Shown: piece after piece, positions 20,029-30,335 of the stretch
Numbering within the stretch: the first letter of the stretch is position 1
How the letters are laid out: every line of letters starts with the position of its first letter
Source of the DNA: Isoptericola halotolerans
GTDB taxonomy: Bacteria > Actinomycetota > Actinomycetes > Actinomycetales > Cellulomonadaceae
Length of the DNA: 64,000 nt
Assembly (NCBI RefSeq): GCF_013149785.1
Contig: NZ_JABEZU010000004.1
Coordinates: 62,001 to 126,000, forward strand
Direction of reading: 5' to 3'
The notes under the pieces: model-generated
Seen by the model: only the letters and a program-made list of their open reading frames with translations
What the model was told of the DNA's origin: nothing
The model's database searches: none
Made by a program: the position numbers and the translations under genes

Positions 20029-20700
20029 TCAGGGCGAGCCCGCGTCGTGGATCGCGATGGCCGCCTGCACCCGGTTCGCCGCACCCAGCTTGTCGAGGAT
20101 GCGCGAGACGTGCGTCTTGACCGTCGGCACGCTCATGAACAGCTCCGCCGCGATCTCCGCGTTCGACCGGCCGCGCGCCAGCACGGCCGCGACCTCCCGC
20201 TCACGGTCGGTCAGCGCCGACATCCGGCGCCTCGCGGTGTGCCGCTCGGAGCCGTCCGGCCCGGCGGCACCACCACGCGAGACCTGCGCGATGAGCTGGT
20301 GCATGACCGACGGCGACAAGGTCGGCTCACCGGAGGCCGCCGCGCGCACGGCCGCGACGAGCCGGTCCGGCGGGGTGTCCTTCAGCAGGAAGCCCGCCGC
20401 CCCGGCCCGCAGCGCCTGCAGCACCATGTCGTCCGTGTCGAACGTCGTCAGCACGATGACGCGCGGCGGGTTCTCGGACTGGGAGACGATCCGGGTCGCC
20501 TCGATGCCGTCGGTCCGCGGCATCCGGATGTCCATGAGCACCACGTCCGGCCGCTCACGGCGCACCACCTCGACGCCCTCGGCACCGTCCCCGGCGTCGG
20601 CGACCACCTCCACCTCGGGAGCCCCGCCGAGGATCAGGCGGAGGCCCGCGCGGACCAGCGGGTCGTCGTCCACGACGACGACGGAGATGTGTGAGGTCAT
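20029..20700 (-). CDS. NarL/LuxR-family response regulator
   Basis: VVDDDPLVRAGL, DVVLMDIRMP, LTTFD, LTDRE..SNAEIA..TVKTHV. Confidence 0.93.
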   Translation of the reverse strand: MTSHISVVVVDDDPLVRAGLRLILGGAPEVEVVADAGDGAEGVEVVRRERPDVVLMDIRMPRTDGIEATRIVSQSENPPRVIVLTTFDTDDMVLQALRAGAAGFLLKDTPPDRLVAAVRAAASGEPTLSPSVMHQLIAQVSRGGAAGPDGSERHTARRRMSALTDREREVAAVLARGRSNAEIAAELFMSVPTVKTHVSRILDKLGAANRVQAAIAIHDAGSP

Positions 20701-21977
20701 GGGTCCCACGGTAGCCAGGCCTGCATCACGAAGCGGCCGTCCGACTCCCCGGCGGACAGCGAGCCGCCCGCCAGGTCCGTCCGCTCGGACAGACCGATCA
20801 GCCCCAGCCCCGACGGCGGCGCTGCGGGTGCGACGTCGCGTCCGGCCACGGGAAGTCTCTCCGCGACCGTCGGGTTGGTCACCGTGATCCACAGCCCGCG
20901 TCCGCGAGCGCCGCGCAGCTCGACCGTCGCCGGCTGCTCGGGCGCGTGCTTGCGGACGTTGGTCAACGCCTCCTGGATGATCCGGTAGACCGTCCGGGAG
21001 ACCGCCGTCGGCAGCGAGGCGAGGTAGACGCTGTCGGCCGCGAGGCGGACCGCGGTCCCGGCCTCCGAGGCCGACCGGACCAGCTCCGGCAGGTCCGCGA
21101 GCGTCGGTTGCGGGCCCTCGGGTGCGGGCTGTCCCGTGGCCTCGTCGTCCGACGACGGCCCGTCGAGCCCGCGCAGCACCCCGAGCACCTCGCGCAGCTC
21201 GCCGAGGGCCTCGTGCGCACTGTCCCGGACCAACGCGGCCGACTCCGCGACCTGCTCCGGCGGCAGATCGGTGCGGTAGGCCAGCGCACCGGCGTGCATG
21301 GCGACCAGGGACATCCGGTGGGCCAGGACGTCATGCATCTCCCGGGCGATCCGGGCGCGCTCGTTCGCCCGGGCCTCCGCGACACGGCTGGCCTGCTCAC
21401 GCTCCGCCGTCGCGACCCGCTCGTGCAGGCTGCGCAGGTGCTCCCGGCGCAGCCCGATGTACGCCCCGATCCAGACGAGCAGGGCGTAGACGACGACGCT
21501 GCCGACCAACTCCACCAGCGTGCTCATCGGATCCACGGAGGGGTAGAGCTGCCCGTACGTCCAGCCTGCCGCCGAGAACACCAGGCCCACCAGCACGATG
21601 CGCCACCACCCGCGCCGGGTGGACAGCGACACCACGGCCAGGGTCGTAGGCCCCACCGCGAACGTCGACACCGCGGTGGCCGCACTCAGCAGAAGGGCGA
21701 TCGTCGTCGGAGCCCGACGGCGCAGCAGGACGAGGCCCAGCGCCACCAGGCCGACCAGCAGGTCGAGCGCCAGCTGGTCGGGCGTGATCTGCCGCTGCCC
21801 GGTGTCCGCCTCCCACCCGACCGCCCCGACCACGACCACGCTGAACGCGAACGCCGCACCCAACCGCCACACCTCGGACCAGGCGCGGGCCACCCACGCA
21901 CGCGTCCGGGTACGGTGCTGCGCGGCGTCCGGCTCGGCGGGCGGCGCGGCGCGGTACACGTCGTCAGGGGTGGGCAC
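20697..21977 (-). CDS. HisKA_3 sensor histidine kinase
   Basis: ERARIAREMHDVLAH, YRIIQEALTNVRKHA, GLGLIGLSER; multi-TM N-terminus. Confidence 0.93.
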   Translation of the reverse strand: MPTPDDVYRAAPPAEPDAAQHRTRTRAWVARAWSEVWRLGAAFAFSVVVVGAVGWEADTGQRQITPDQLALDLLVGLVALGLVLLRRRAPTTIALLLSAATAVSTFAVGPTTLAVVSLSTRRGWWRIVLVGLVFSAAGWTYGQLYPSVDPMSTLVELVGSVVVYALLVWIGAYIGLRREHLRSLHERVATAEREQASRVAEARANERARIAREMHDVLAHRMSLVAMHAGALAYRTDLPPEQVAESAALVRDSAHEALGELREVLGVLRGLDGPSSDDEATGQPAPEGPQPTLADLPELVRSASEAGTAVRLAADSVYLASLPTAVSRTVYRIIQEALTNVRKHAPEQPATVELRGARGRGLWITVTNPTVAERLPVAGRDVAPAAPPSGLGLIGLSERTDLAGGSLSAGESDGRFVMQAWLPWDP

Positions 21978-22138
21978 CTGACGAGCGTAGGTCTCCGCGA
22001 CGCCGCGGGCATCCGTCGTCGGCCCGTCCTCGACGACGTCGACGTCCGCCGAAAGGATGACCCGGCTCCACCGTTCGGCGGCAGATCCCCTCCTTGCGGG
22101 CGATGCGCGCCCGCCCCCCGGGGCGTCAGGGTGGAGCC

Positions 22139-23038
22139 ATGATCACCGTGGAGCACCTGACCAAGAGATACGGGCCGGTCCTGGCCGTGAACGACGTGTC
22201 GTTCACCGCGCAGCCGGGACTCGTGACCGGCTTCCTCGGGCCGAACGGCGCCGGCAAGTCGACCGCCATGCGCATGATGACCGGGCTGACGCCCCCGACC
22301 AGCGGGACCGCACGCATCCTCGGCAAGCCGTACGGCGCGCTCGCCAACCCCGGTCGACGGGTCGGGGTGCTGCTCGACGCCGCCGCCCAGCACGCCGGAC
22401 GCACGGGACGCGAGACCCTCGCGCTCTCCGCGCTCCTCACCGGTGTGGGACGCCACCGCGTGGACGAGGTGCTCGACGTCGTCGGGCTCACCCCGGACGA
22501 GGCCGGGCGACGCGTGCGCACCTACTCGCTCGGGATGCGTCAGCGGCTGGGCATCGCGGGCGCGCTGCTCGGCGAGCCCGACGTGCTGATCCTCGACGAG
22601 CCGGCCAACGGGCTCGACCCCGCCGGCATCCGGTGGATGCGTGACCTGCTGCGCGACTTCGCGGCGGACGGCGGCACCGTGCTGCTGTCCTCCCACCTGC
22701 TCACCGAGATCGAGCAGGTCGCCGACCGGCTCGTCGTCATCGGCCGCGGACGGATCGTCGCCGAGGGCACCAAGGACGACCTGCTGCGTGCCGCCGGGAC
22801 GTTCGTGCGCTCCACCGACGACGACGCCCTCGACGCCGCCTGCCGCGCTGCGGGCATCGAGGTCGCGCGCCAGCCCGGTGGCGGTTTCACCACGGCCGCC
22901 GACGCCGAGCAGGTCGCGCGGGCCGCCCTCGCGGCCGGTGTGCTCGTGACCGAGCTGCGGGACACCGGTTCCCGCGGGCTCGAGGAGCTGTTCCTCGAGC
23001 TCACCGCCGACGACGCCCGAGAGCAGGTGTCCGCATGA
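22139..23038 (+). CDS. ABC transporter ATP-binding protein
   Basis: GPNGAGKST, YSLGMRQRL, LILDEPANGLDP, SSH. Confidence 0.93.
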   Translation: MITVEHLTKRYGPVLAVNDVSFTAQPGLVTGFLGPNGAGKSTAMRMMTGLTPPTSGTARILGKPYGALANPGRRVGVLLDAAAQHAGRTGRETLALSALLTGVGRHRVDEVLDVVGLTPDEAGRRVRTYSLGMRQRLGIAGALLGEPDVLILDEPANGLDPAGIRWMRDLLRDFAADGGTVLLSSHLLTEIEQVADRLVVIGRGRIVAEGTKDDLLRAAGTFVRSTDDDALDAACRAAGIEVARQPGGGFTTAADAEQVARAALAAGVLVTELRDTGSRGLEELFLELTADDAREQVSA

Positions 23039-23832
23039 CCACCCAGCAGGCAGAAGCGCCCACACGCTCCCGCACCGACCGCGCCGACCTCACACCGGTG
23101 CCCTTCACCCGGCTCGCCGCCTACGAGTGGCGCAAGCAGCTCGATACCCGGGCGGTGCGCTGGCTGTTCGTCATCATCGCCGTGCTCACCGCCGGCGTGC
23201 TCGCCGTCATGGCGCTGGTGGGGGACGGCAACGTCTCCTACGAGCAGTTCCTCTACAACACCTCAACACCGCTGACGATGCTGCTGCCGGTGGTCGCCAT
23301 CCTGGCCACCACCGCCGAGTGGTCGCAGCGCACGGGCCTGACGACGTTCACCCTGGAACCGCGCCGGCTCCGCGTGGTCTGGGCGAAGCTCGTGACCGCC
23401 GTCGGCTCCGGCCTGGGCTTCTTCGTCGTCGCGATGGCGATCGCCGTGGTCGCGCACCTGGCCGTCATCGCCTACCGCGACGCGGACGCGTCGTGGGGGC
23501 TGGGCGCCATGACGGCCGGCATGCTGCTGATGCTCGTCGTCTGGATGGCCCAGGGTGTCGCGTTCGGCCTCGCGCTGATGAACACCCCCGCCGCGATCGT
23601 CGTCTACCTGGCGGTCCCCACGATCCTGAGCCCGCTCACCATGCTCGTCACGGCGTGGGAGAAGGTGTGGCCCTGGGTCGACCTGAACACCGCGAGCATG
23701 CCGCTGATCATGGGCGACTCGATGGGCGGCCAGGAGTGGGCGCAGCTGGTGGTCACGACCGGGATCTGGGTCGGCCTACCCCTGCTGATCGGCATCCTGC
23801 GGCTTCAGCGCGGCGAGATCAAGACCGCCTGA
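23035..23832 (+). CDS. ABC-2 type permease
   Basis: About six TM segments, EWSQRT..TFTLEPRR; ATGA overlap with ATPase. Confidence 0.88.
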   Translation: MTTQQAEAPTRSRTDRADLTPVPFTRLAAYEWRKQLDTRAVRWLFVIIAVLTAGVLAVMALVGDGNVSYEQFLYNTSTPLTMLLPVVAILATTAEWSQRTGLTTFTLEPRRLRVVWAKLVTAVGSGLGFFVVAMAIAVVAHLAVIAYRDADASWGLGAMTAGMLLMLVVWMAQGVAFGLALMNTPAAIVVYLAVPTILSPLTMLVTAWEKVWPWVDLNTASMPLIMGDSMGGQEWAQLVVTTGIWVGLPLLIGILRLQRGEIKTA

Positions 23833-23929
23833 NNNNNNNNNNNNNNNNNNNNNNNNNNNNNNNNNNNNNNNNNNNNNNNNNNNNNNNNNNNNNNNNNNNN
23901 NNNNNNNNNNNNNNNNNNNNNNNNNNNNN
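23833..23929. other. Assembly gap (97 N)
   Basis: Run of N directly after the permease stop codon. Confidence 1.
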
Positions 23930-24116
23930 TGAGCCGGACGTGCAGCGCAGGGTGAGGGCCGAGGGACGAGGCACTCGCCCGGAGCGGAACGGCAGGCTCC
24001 GGCAGGACCAGCACCGCCTGAGCCGGACGTGCAGCGCAGGGTGAGGGCCGAGGGACGAGGCACTCGCCCGGAGCGGAACGGCAGGCTCCGGCAGGACCAG
24101 CACCGCCTGAGCCGGA
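23930..24116. repeat. 89-bp tandem repeat, two identical copies plus a partial, probably extending into the gap
   Basis: Unit tgagccggacgtgcag...gaccagcaccgcc starts at 23930, 24019 and 24108. Confidence 0.95.
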
Positions 24117-24119
24117 GGT

Positions 24120-25985
24120 TCACTCGCGGCGCATCTCCACGGCGATCTGATCGGCGTCGAGCAGGTCCAGGGCATGGTTGAGCAGGTCGGAGTCGTAGGT
24201 CCCCACGGACCGCGCCTCCAGGAGTGCCTCGCGCTGCGCTGCGATGACGGCGAGCCGGAGCTCGAAGAACTGGGCCGCCAGCTCTTCGGGGGTCGACTCC
24301 TCCTCGACCTGGTCCTGGTGCTCGCGCAGGACGATGTCCCGCACGCGCGCCACGATCGCAGGGGCATAGGCGGTGCCGTCGGGCCGGCGCAGGTCCGGGT
24401 CGTCGAGCATGACGCGCGACGCCGTGTCGTGGACGGCTCGCAACCCTTGGGTCCCCTCGGTGAACCGGGGAGGGGTGCTGCCGGCCAGCCCGAGGCGCCG
24501 CACGACCCACGGCAGCGTCCCTCCCTGCACGAGCAGCGTCCCGGCCGCGACCCCGAACGCCACGAGCACGAGGAGGGACCGCTGAGGGAAGTCGGCCGGG
24601 AGGGTCTGTGCGGCAGCCAGCGTCACCACGCCGCGCATCCCCGCCCAGACGAGCACGACCCCTTCACGGGGACCGAGAGGAGCGCTCGTCAGGTAGTCGA
24701 TGTCGGCCAGCTTGCGGACCGCGCGTCGCTGGAACAGCGCTCGCCGGGTGGGCCGGCGAGCGTCCGGTCGGCGGCGCGGCGGGTCGTCGCCACGACGCCA
24801 CTGCCCCTCGACGCGTCGGCGCATCCGTTCCACGTCGCGCTGCCGTCGCCGTTCGCCGATGTCCGGGGGCAGGCTCTCCGCGTAGGCGGCCACCACCGCG
24901 TCGACCGTCAGGCGGCCGCCGTCGGTCGCCTCCTGGTGCGCGTCCCAGCGCGCCCGCAGGGTGTTGACGACGTCACGGACCTGCTCGGCACGTCGGCGAC
25001 GTCGTTCCAGCAGTGCGAGCAGCGGCAGCACGAACGCGGCGCGGACCAGCACGATCCCGACCGCGCCGATCGTGGCGACACCCAGGGCGAGGCCGAGCGA
25101 GCCGTGCTCGGCCCGGACGTCCTCCACGAGGGCGAACAGCTGCAGCCCCATGACCAGGAACAGGCCGCCCTCGAGCAGCACCTCGACGGTCCTCCAGTTC
25201 GACGCCTCGGAGATCCTGTCCTGGGGCCGCAGGTACCGGGCGGCGAGCGCGCTGGTGACCAGGCCGGCCGACACCGCCGCGACGATCCCGGAGGCGCCCA
25301 GCGCCTCGGCGGGCGCGTAGGCGGCGAACGGCACGACGAACGAGGCCGCCGTGGAGAGCGCCGCGTTCCGCAGCCGGGCCCGCACCCACAGCCCCAGCCG
25401 GCCGACGACGACGCCGCAGACGGCAGCGATCAGCACGGCCTGCAGGAAGTCGCCCAGGACGCTCCACACGGAGACGCTCGCCGCCGTCGCCGCGATCGCG
25501 GACCGCAGGAGCACCAGCGAGGTGGCGTCGTTGAGCAGTCCTTCGCCGTCGAGCATCACCACGACGCGTTGCGGCGCGCCCAGCTTCTTGATGATGGACG
25601 TCGCGACGGCGTCGGTCGGGCTGACGATCGCGCCGAGCGCGATACCCGCCGCGAGCCCGATCCCGGGGACGACGGCGGCGAAGACCGCACCGAGGATCAC
25701 TGCTGACACGACGACGAGCAGCACCGACATCCCGCTGATCGCCGTGAAGTCACGGCGGAACTCCATCGCGGGGAACGCTGCTGCAGCGGCGTAGAGCAGC
25801 GCCGGCAGGACACCCGCGAGGATGAGCTCCGGGTCGATCTCGATGGCCGGCGTCATCGGCAGGACGCTGACGCCCACACCGACCAGCACGAGGATGAGGG
25901 GCGCGGCCACGCCGGCACGCGGGGCGAGGGCCGTGACGGCGATGATGATCACCACCGAGGCGACGGCCACGAGCATGACGTCCAT
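24120..25985 (-). CDS. CPA1-family cation:proton antiporter
   Basis: LGAIVSPTDAVA, GEGLLNDATSLV, WAGMRGVVTLAAA, TLLVQGGTLP. Confidence 0.92.
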   Translation of the reverse strand: MDVMLVAVASVVIIIAVTALAPRAGVAAPLILVLVGVGVSVLPMTPAIEIDPELILAGVLPALLYAAAAAFPAMEFRRDFTAISGMSVLLVVVSAVILGAVFAAVVPGIGLAAGIALGAIVSPTDAVATSIIKKLGAPQRVVVMLDGEGLLNDATSLVLLRSAIAATAASVSVWSVLGDFLQAVLIAAVCGVVVGRLGLWVRARLRNAALSTAASFVVPFAAYAPAEALGASGIVAAVSAGLVTSALAARYLRPQDRISEASNWRTVEVLLEGGLFLVMGLQLFALVEDVRAEHGSLGLALGVATIGAVGIVLVRAAFVLPLLALLERRRRRAEQVRDVVNTLRARWDAHQEATDGGRLTVDAVVAAYAESLPPDIGERRRQRDVERMRRRVEGQWRRGDDPPRRRPDARRPTRRALFQRRAVRKLADIDYLTSAPLGPREGVVLVWAGMRGVVTLAAAQTLPADFPQRSLLVLVAFGVAAGTLLVQGGTLPWVVRRLGLAGSTPPRFTEGTQGLRAVHDTASRVMLDDPDLRRPDGTAYAPAIVARVRDIVLREHQDQVEEESTPEELAAQFFELRLAVIAAQREALLEARSVGTYDSDLLNHALDLLDADQIAVEMRRE

Positions 25986-26029
25986 GCCGTTCAACCTAGA
26001 GGGGTCGGCGCGTCGGCGCGGGCCGGACG

Positions 26030-26932
26030 CTAGCCCGACGGCCCGAGCCGGACCTCGTCGGGGTGCGTGAGCGGGGTCCACCCCGACGGCGTCCGACGCG
26101 AGACCGTCCGCGGCTCGAGGGGGCGCTCGGGCGCCGGTCCGGCGACGTCAGCGTCCACCAGGGGACCGAGGTCGAGGCCGGTGAGCGCCTCCACGTCCGC
26201 GACCGGCACCTGGAACGTCCGGAAGGGCCCCAACGGGGGGACTGCGCCGACCGCGAGCGCCCGGCCGGTCGCCGTGCTCAGCTCGGCGTCGGTCAGCAGC
26301 GGCGTCTGGTCGAGCACGAACGCGGCCGACCGCAGCACGGCCGGAGCGCCGTCGTCGGGCCCTGCGCCGTCGTCGGGCACCGCGGCCCACGCGACGACCT
26401 TCCAGAACTGCCGTGGGAGCGCGATCCCGCGGTAGACGGGGTCCGAGCCGAGGAACACGCATCCGGTGTGGACGACGATCCGGTGCCGCCGGGCCTCGGC
26501 GTAGGAGAGGACGTGGTCCTCGAGACCGTTCCACAGCTCCTTCGACTGGTTGAACCGGTCGACCTGGGGGGCGGCGTTGGTGTAGACGAAGGTCGCCTCG
26601 CCGGCGGCGCGGGCCTCCTCGACGGTGCCCCACATCGGGTCGAGGCGACGTACGAGGTGGCCGCGGTCCAGAGGGTTGTCCCGGTAGAGCCCGTTGCCGG
26701 CCTGCTCCTCCGGCGGTGCCTGGGCGTCGAGGCGCCAGGTGCCCGACCGCGGCAGCGGCTGCAGCGTCGCACCGTCGACGGTGCAGGCGGTGGCGGCTGC
26801 CAGCCGTCGGCGGGGGTCGAGCAGGATGCTGAAGCGGGGGTGGTCGAGGCGCCGGAGCTCGCGGTCGGCCGTGGGCAGCGGCGTGCGGAGCGCGGGGTCG
26901 GTACCGAGGAACTGGGCGTCATAGCCGGTCAC
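26030..26932 (-). CDS. DNA/RNA non-specific endonuclease (NucA/EndoG family)
   Basis: LDRGHLVRR, YTNAAPQ..FNQ..WNGLE, PRQFWKVV; start GTG 26932 or 26953. Confidence 0.9.
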   Translation of the reverse strand: MTGYDAQFLGTDPALRTPLPTADRELRRLDHPRFSILLDPRRRLAAATACTVDGATLQPLPRSGTWRLDAQAPPEEQAGNGLYRDNPLDRGHLVRRLDPMWGTVEEARAAGEATFVYTNAAPQVDRFNQSKELWNGLEDHVLSYAEARRHRIVVHTGCVFLGSDPVYRGIALPRQFWKVVAWAAVPDDGAGPDDGAPAVLRSAAFVLDQTPLLTDAELSTATGRALAVGAVPPLGPFRTFQVPVADVEALTGLDLGPLVDADVAGPAPERPLEPRTVSRRTPSGWTPLTHPDEVRLGPSG

Positions 26933-26981
26933 GGGTCCGAGCCTGTCATGCACGACCGACAGGCCCGGCCGTCACGGACCC

Positions 26982-28649
26982 TCACGAGAACCCGGACAGT
27001 CCTGCCGGCCACCACCGCAGCAGGTGGCCCTCCACGGCCATGTCCACACCCCACCCGTCCTCGGGCAGGTCGGTCACCCAGAGGGTCTCACCCGTGCTCC
27101 CGTCGATCGCCTGCCACCGCGAGACCACCTGCGTGTCGGTGTACGTCGGCACGACGAGAGCCACGACGCTCCCGTCCGTGAACGCCGACTGCACCTGCCC
27201 GCCCCGCGCACCGGCCAGTGCCGCGTACGGCTCCAGCAGGTCCCCACGCACCCACCGCACGGCGCCCGTGCCCAGGTCGAGGCCCACCACCCGGTCACGT
27301 TCGTCGAGGACGACGGCGGTCTGCCCCGTCCGCGCGAGGTAGCTCGTGGCCGCCACGGTCGCCGACCACACACGCTCCCCGTCCGGGCCGACGGCGTGCG
27401 TCTCCCCGCCGCTCACGACCAGTCGCCGGTCGTCGGCCCGGCCGTCCGTGGCGCGCGGGTCCAGCAGCCTCCCCTCGACCGTGTAGCGGTGCACCCCCTC
27501 GGCATCCAGCACCTGGAACTCCCACGCGGAGCGGCCCCACGCACCCGCCGAGACCGCGAACCCCCCGTCCGCCAGGGGCCGCACCCGGCGGACGTCGTCA
27601 CCGCCGGCCCCGTCCAGGGCGGTCAGGTCGAGCCGCTCGCCGTCCGGCGTGAAGTACGCCAGCACGCCGCACCCCGAGAACCCGACCAGCCGTCCGCTGA
27701 CCATGTGCTCGACGTCTCCGCGCCGGTCCAGCTCGGCGTTCCGACCCGCCGTGGTCCAGCGCACGCACTGGCTGGAGTCCAGCACCGGACCGAACGCCAC
27801 CACCTGCGACCACCGCTCGGCCCCCGTGGCAGCGTCCTCGGCCCGCACCTCGAGGTCGTAGCCGTCCTCGATGTCGCCCACCACCGTCAGGTTCGTCATC
27901 GGGTCGCCGCGCAGCTCGACGTCGACGTCCTCGGCGTCACCGACCCAGCTCGCCGCCAGCACCGTGCCGTCCGGCCCCGGCAGCACGACGTCGTGCTCCC
28001 CGTCGACGACGCGGTGGCCCAGCACCGTGCCGTCCGGGTCGACGGTCGTGACCATGACGTCACCCGAGACCGCCTGCCCGACGCAGACCACCTGGGTCGT
28101 CGGGGTCAGCTCCACGGTCTCCCCCCAGAAGGCGAGCCCCGGACCGCAGGTCACCGACCGGTCGAACAGGTCGACCGTCCAGCGACGCTGCCCGGTCGTC
28201 AGGTCGATCCCGAGGAGCTCGCCCTGCCGGTGCACCGCCGCCACGCCCCCGGCCACCGCGACCAGCCCGCCCGGGGTCCGCACCCCGACCTCGCCGTCCT
28301 CCAGCCGCCACCGCTCGGCCGGCGGGACGCCCAGGTCGAGGACTCCCCCGGCCGCGGCTCGCAGCTCCGCGGAACGCTGCCGGTCCACCACGCCGTCCAC
28401 CACCACGACGGCGGTGAGCAGGGCGACGACCGCCACGACGGCCCCGAACCGCGTGCGGCGGGACAGCCGGCGCCAGCGACGCCACACCAGGGCCAGCACC
28501 CCCGGCCCCGGCGGCGGGGCCACCTCGGTGGGCTCTGCCTCGGCGGCCGGGACCGACCGGGCCGCAGGGGATCCACCGGCCTCGGTCCCGTCGTCGGGCA
28601 CGAGGTCGAACGTGTAGGCCCCCTCGGGGGCACGACGCCGTCGCCCCAC
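26982..28649 (-). CDS. Membrane-anchored PQQ-like beta-propeller protein (paralog 3)
   Basis: Single TM then repeated DLTTGQRRW / DAATGAERW / DLGTGAVRW / DGSTGETLW. Confidence 0.85.
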   Translation of the reverse strand: MGRRRRAPEGAYTFDLVPDDGTEAGGSPAARSVPAAEAEPTEVAPPPGPGVLALVWRRWRRLSRRTRFGAVVAVVALLTAVVVVDGVVDRQRSAELRAAAGGVLDLGVPPAERWRLEDGEVGVRTPGGLVAVAGGVAAVHRQGELLGIDLTTGQRRWTVDLFDRSVTCGPGLAFWGETVELTPTTQVVCVGQAVSGDVMVTTVDPDGTVLGHRVVDGEHDVVLPGPDGTVLAASWVGDAEDVDVELRGDPMTNLTVVGDIEDGYDLEVRAEDAATGAERWSQVVAFGPVLDSSQCVRWTTAGRNAELDRRGDVEHMVSGRLVGFSGCGVLAYFTPDGERLDLTALDGAGGDDVRRVRPLADGGFAVSAGAWGRSAWEFQVLDAEGVHRYTVEGRLLDPRATDGRADDRRLVVSGGETHAVGPDGERVWSATVAATSYLARTGQTAVVLDERDRVVGLDLGTGAVRWVRGDLLEPYAALAGARGGQVQSAFTDGSVVALVVPTYTDTQVVSRWQAIDGSTGETLWVTDLPEDGWGVDMAVEGHLLRWWPAGLSGFS

Positions 28650-28658
28650 TCCTCGACG

Positions 28659-30335
28659 TTAGCGCGGAGCGAGGATGCTCACCGAGGTGACGGACGGTTC
28701 GTCCCCGCCGTCCCAGTCCTCCCAGCCCAGCTCGTGCTGCAGCACCACGTGACCGCCGACGGCCGCCACGAACGGTGTGGCCGTCGGGCCGAGCGACGTC
28801 CACGTGACGGCGCCCGAGGCCAGGTCCGCCGTGAGGAGCTCGCCCGCCGCTTCGCCGTCGTCTCCCACCGGGTAGGTCCGCAGGGCGACCGTCACCCGCT
28901 CGCCGTCGGTCACGGCCGACGTCGCCCAGGCAACCCTCGAGGTCTGACCGTCGAAGAACCTGACCCGCCAGCGTTCGCCGCCGTCCAGCGCGTCGACGGC
29001 CACCAGCTCCTCGTCGGTCACGACCACGACCACGTCGCCGACGTGGGCCAGCAGCTGAGACTCCCGCACGTCGGCCCGCCAGAGCTCCTCGCCCCCCGCG
29101 TCCAGACGGACGACCGCGTTGCCCTTCGTCGCCAGCACCGCGGGGTCGCCTCCGTCCAGCACCGCCGTCGGGTCGGTCAGCACCGTCCCCCGGGCAGCGA
29201 CGAGGCGCACGCTCCCGTCCTCGGCCAGCAGCACCCTGCCCGGGCCGTCGTCCGCGGGCGCGAGCCAGCCGCCGCCCGGGTAGGGCACCGTCGAGGTCCC
29301 GACGTCGTCGCGCGACCCACCCGGGGCGACGCCGTCCGTCGTGCTCGCGCCGCCGACGCCGCACCACCGGTAGCCGACGACCGTCGGCGAGGCGACGACC
29401 TCTGTGCCTCCCATGACCTCGAGCCGGACCGGGGTCGCGGGGTCGAAGGAGGTCGACCAGCCCGCGGACAGGTCCCACGGGACGATGCACACCTCCAGGT
29501 TCTCCGCGGAGTGCTCACGGGTCGGCACCTCGAACCGGAGCTCACCGCTCACCGCGTCCTCCACCCGGACCGACGCCCGCCCGGTGACGATCCCCGCCAC
29601 GGCGTCCTCCGCCTCCGCCACCGTCGCGTGGTCGAGGACGGCGGGCATCCCCGTGTCGTGCTCCACCACGAGCAGTCCGCCGTCGGCCGCAGGAGCGACC
29701 TCGACGTCCTCACCGCCGTACCCGGCCGCAGGCAGCGCCCGCTGCCCGACGACGTCGCCCGAGCCGTCGAGGACGGTCACGGAACGCCCGTCGTCGTCCC
29801 CGTGCACGCACGTGACCAGGTCGCTCGGCAAGACCCACTCGACGCTGCTCTCCCACCGCGGTGCCGGTCCGCAGCGCACGCCCGCGCCCAGGGTGACGCG
29901 CCACCGCTCGGCACCCGAGGCCACCTCCCGGGCGACGGCGTCCCGGCCGTCGACCAGCACGACGGCACCACCGGCGAGCACCGCGTGCACGCCGCCCTCG
30001 GCCTCGACGCGCCACATCTCGGCGAGCTCGCCGTCGAGCGACAGCACACCGCCCGGAGCCGCGCGGAGCTGCTCGTCGTGCCGGTGCGAGGCGACCGCGG
30101 CCCCGGCCACCACGCCGCCGACCAGCACCACCGCCACCCCGGCCGCGACGCCGGCGGTCAGGCGCCGCTGGTGGCGGGACGCCGCGCGCCACCGGTCGGC
30201 GACGCGTGTCGGCCACCGGGCGCGAGGTCCGGGCGCGGGGACGGTGGTGCCGGCGCCCGCGTCGTCCCGCTCCGTCGAGATGTCGAAGGCCACCAGGGCG
30301 GCCTCCCGACGCCGCGCGCCGCGACCACTCCTCAC
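28659..30335 (-). CDS. Membrane-anchored PQQ-like beta-propeller protein (paralog 2)
   Basis: Single TM; EVASGAERW, DAVSGELRF, DALDGGERW, DLASGAVTW; GTGA overlap with upstream gene. Confidence 0.82.
   Translation of the reverse strand: MRSGRGARRREAALVAFDISTERDDAGAGTTVPAPGPRARWPTRVADRWRAASRHQRRLTAGVAAGVAVVLVGGVVAGAAVASHRHDEQLRAAPGGVLSLDGELAEMWRVEAEGGVHAVLAGGAVVLVDGRDAVAREVASGAERWRVTLGAGVRCGPAPRWESSVEWVLPSDLVTCVHGDDDGRSVTVLDGSGDVVGQRALPAAGYGGEDVEVAPAADGGLLVVEHDTGMPAVLDHATVAEAEDAVAGIVTGRASVRVEDAVSGELRFEVPTREHSAENLEVCIVPWDLSAGWSTSFDPATPVRLEVMGGTEVVASPTVVGYRWCGVGGASTTDGVAPGGSRDDVGTSTVPYPGGGWLAPADDGPGRVLLAEDGSVRLVAARGTVLTDPTAVLDGGDPAVLATKGNAVVRLDAGGEELWRADVRESQLLAHVGDVVVVVTDEELVAVDALDGGERWRVRFFDGQTSRVAWATSAVTDGERVTVALRTYPVGDDGEAAGELLTADLASGAVTWTSLGPTATPFVAAVGGHVVLQHELGWEDWDGGDEPSVTSVSILAPR

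Noticed and set aside
23930..24116. CRISPR array
   Set aside because: Units are contiguous identical 89-mers with no unique spacers, and no cas genes are present
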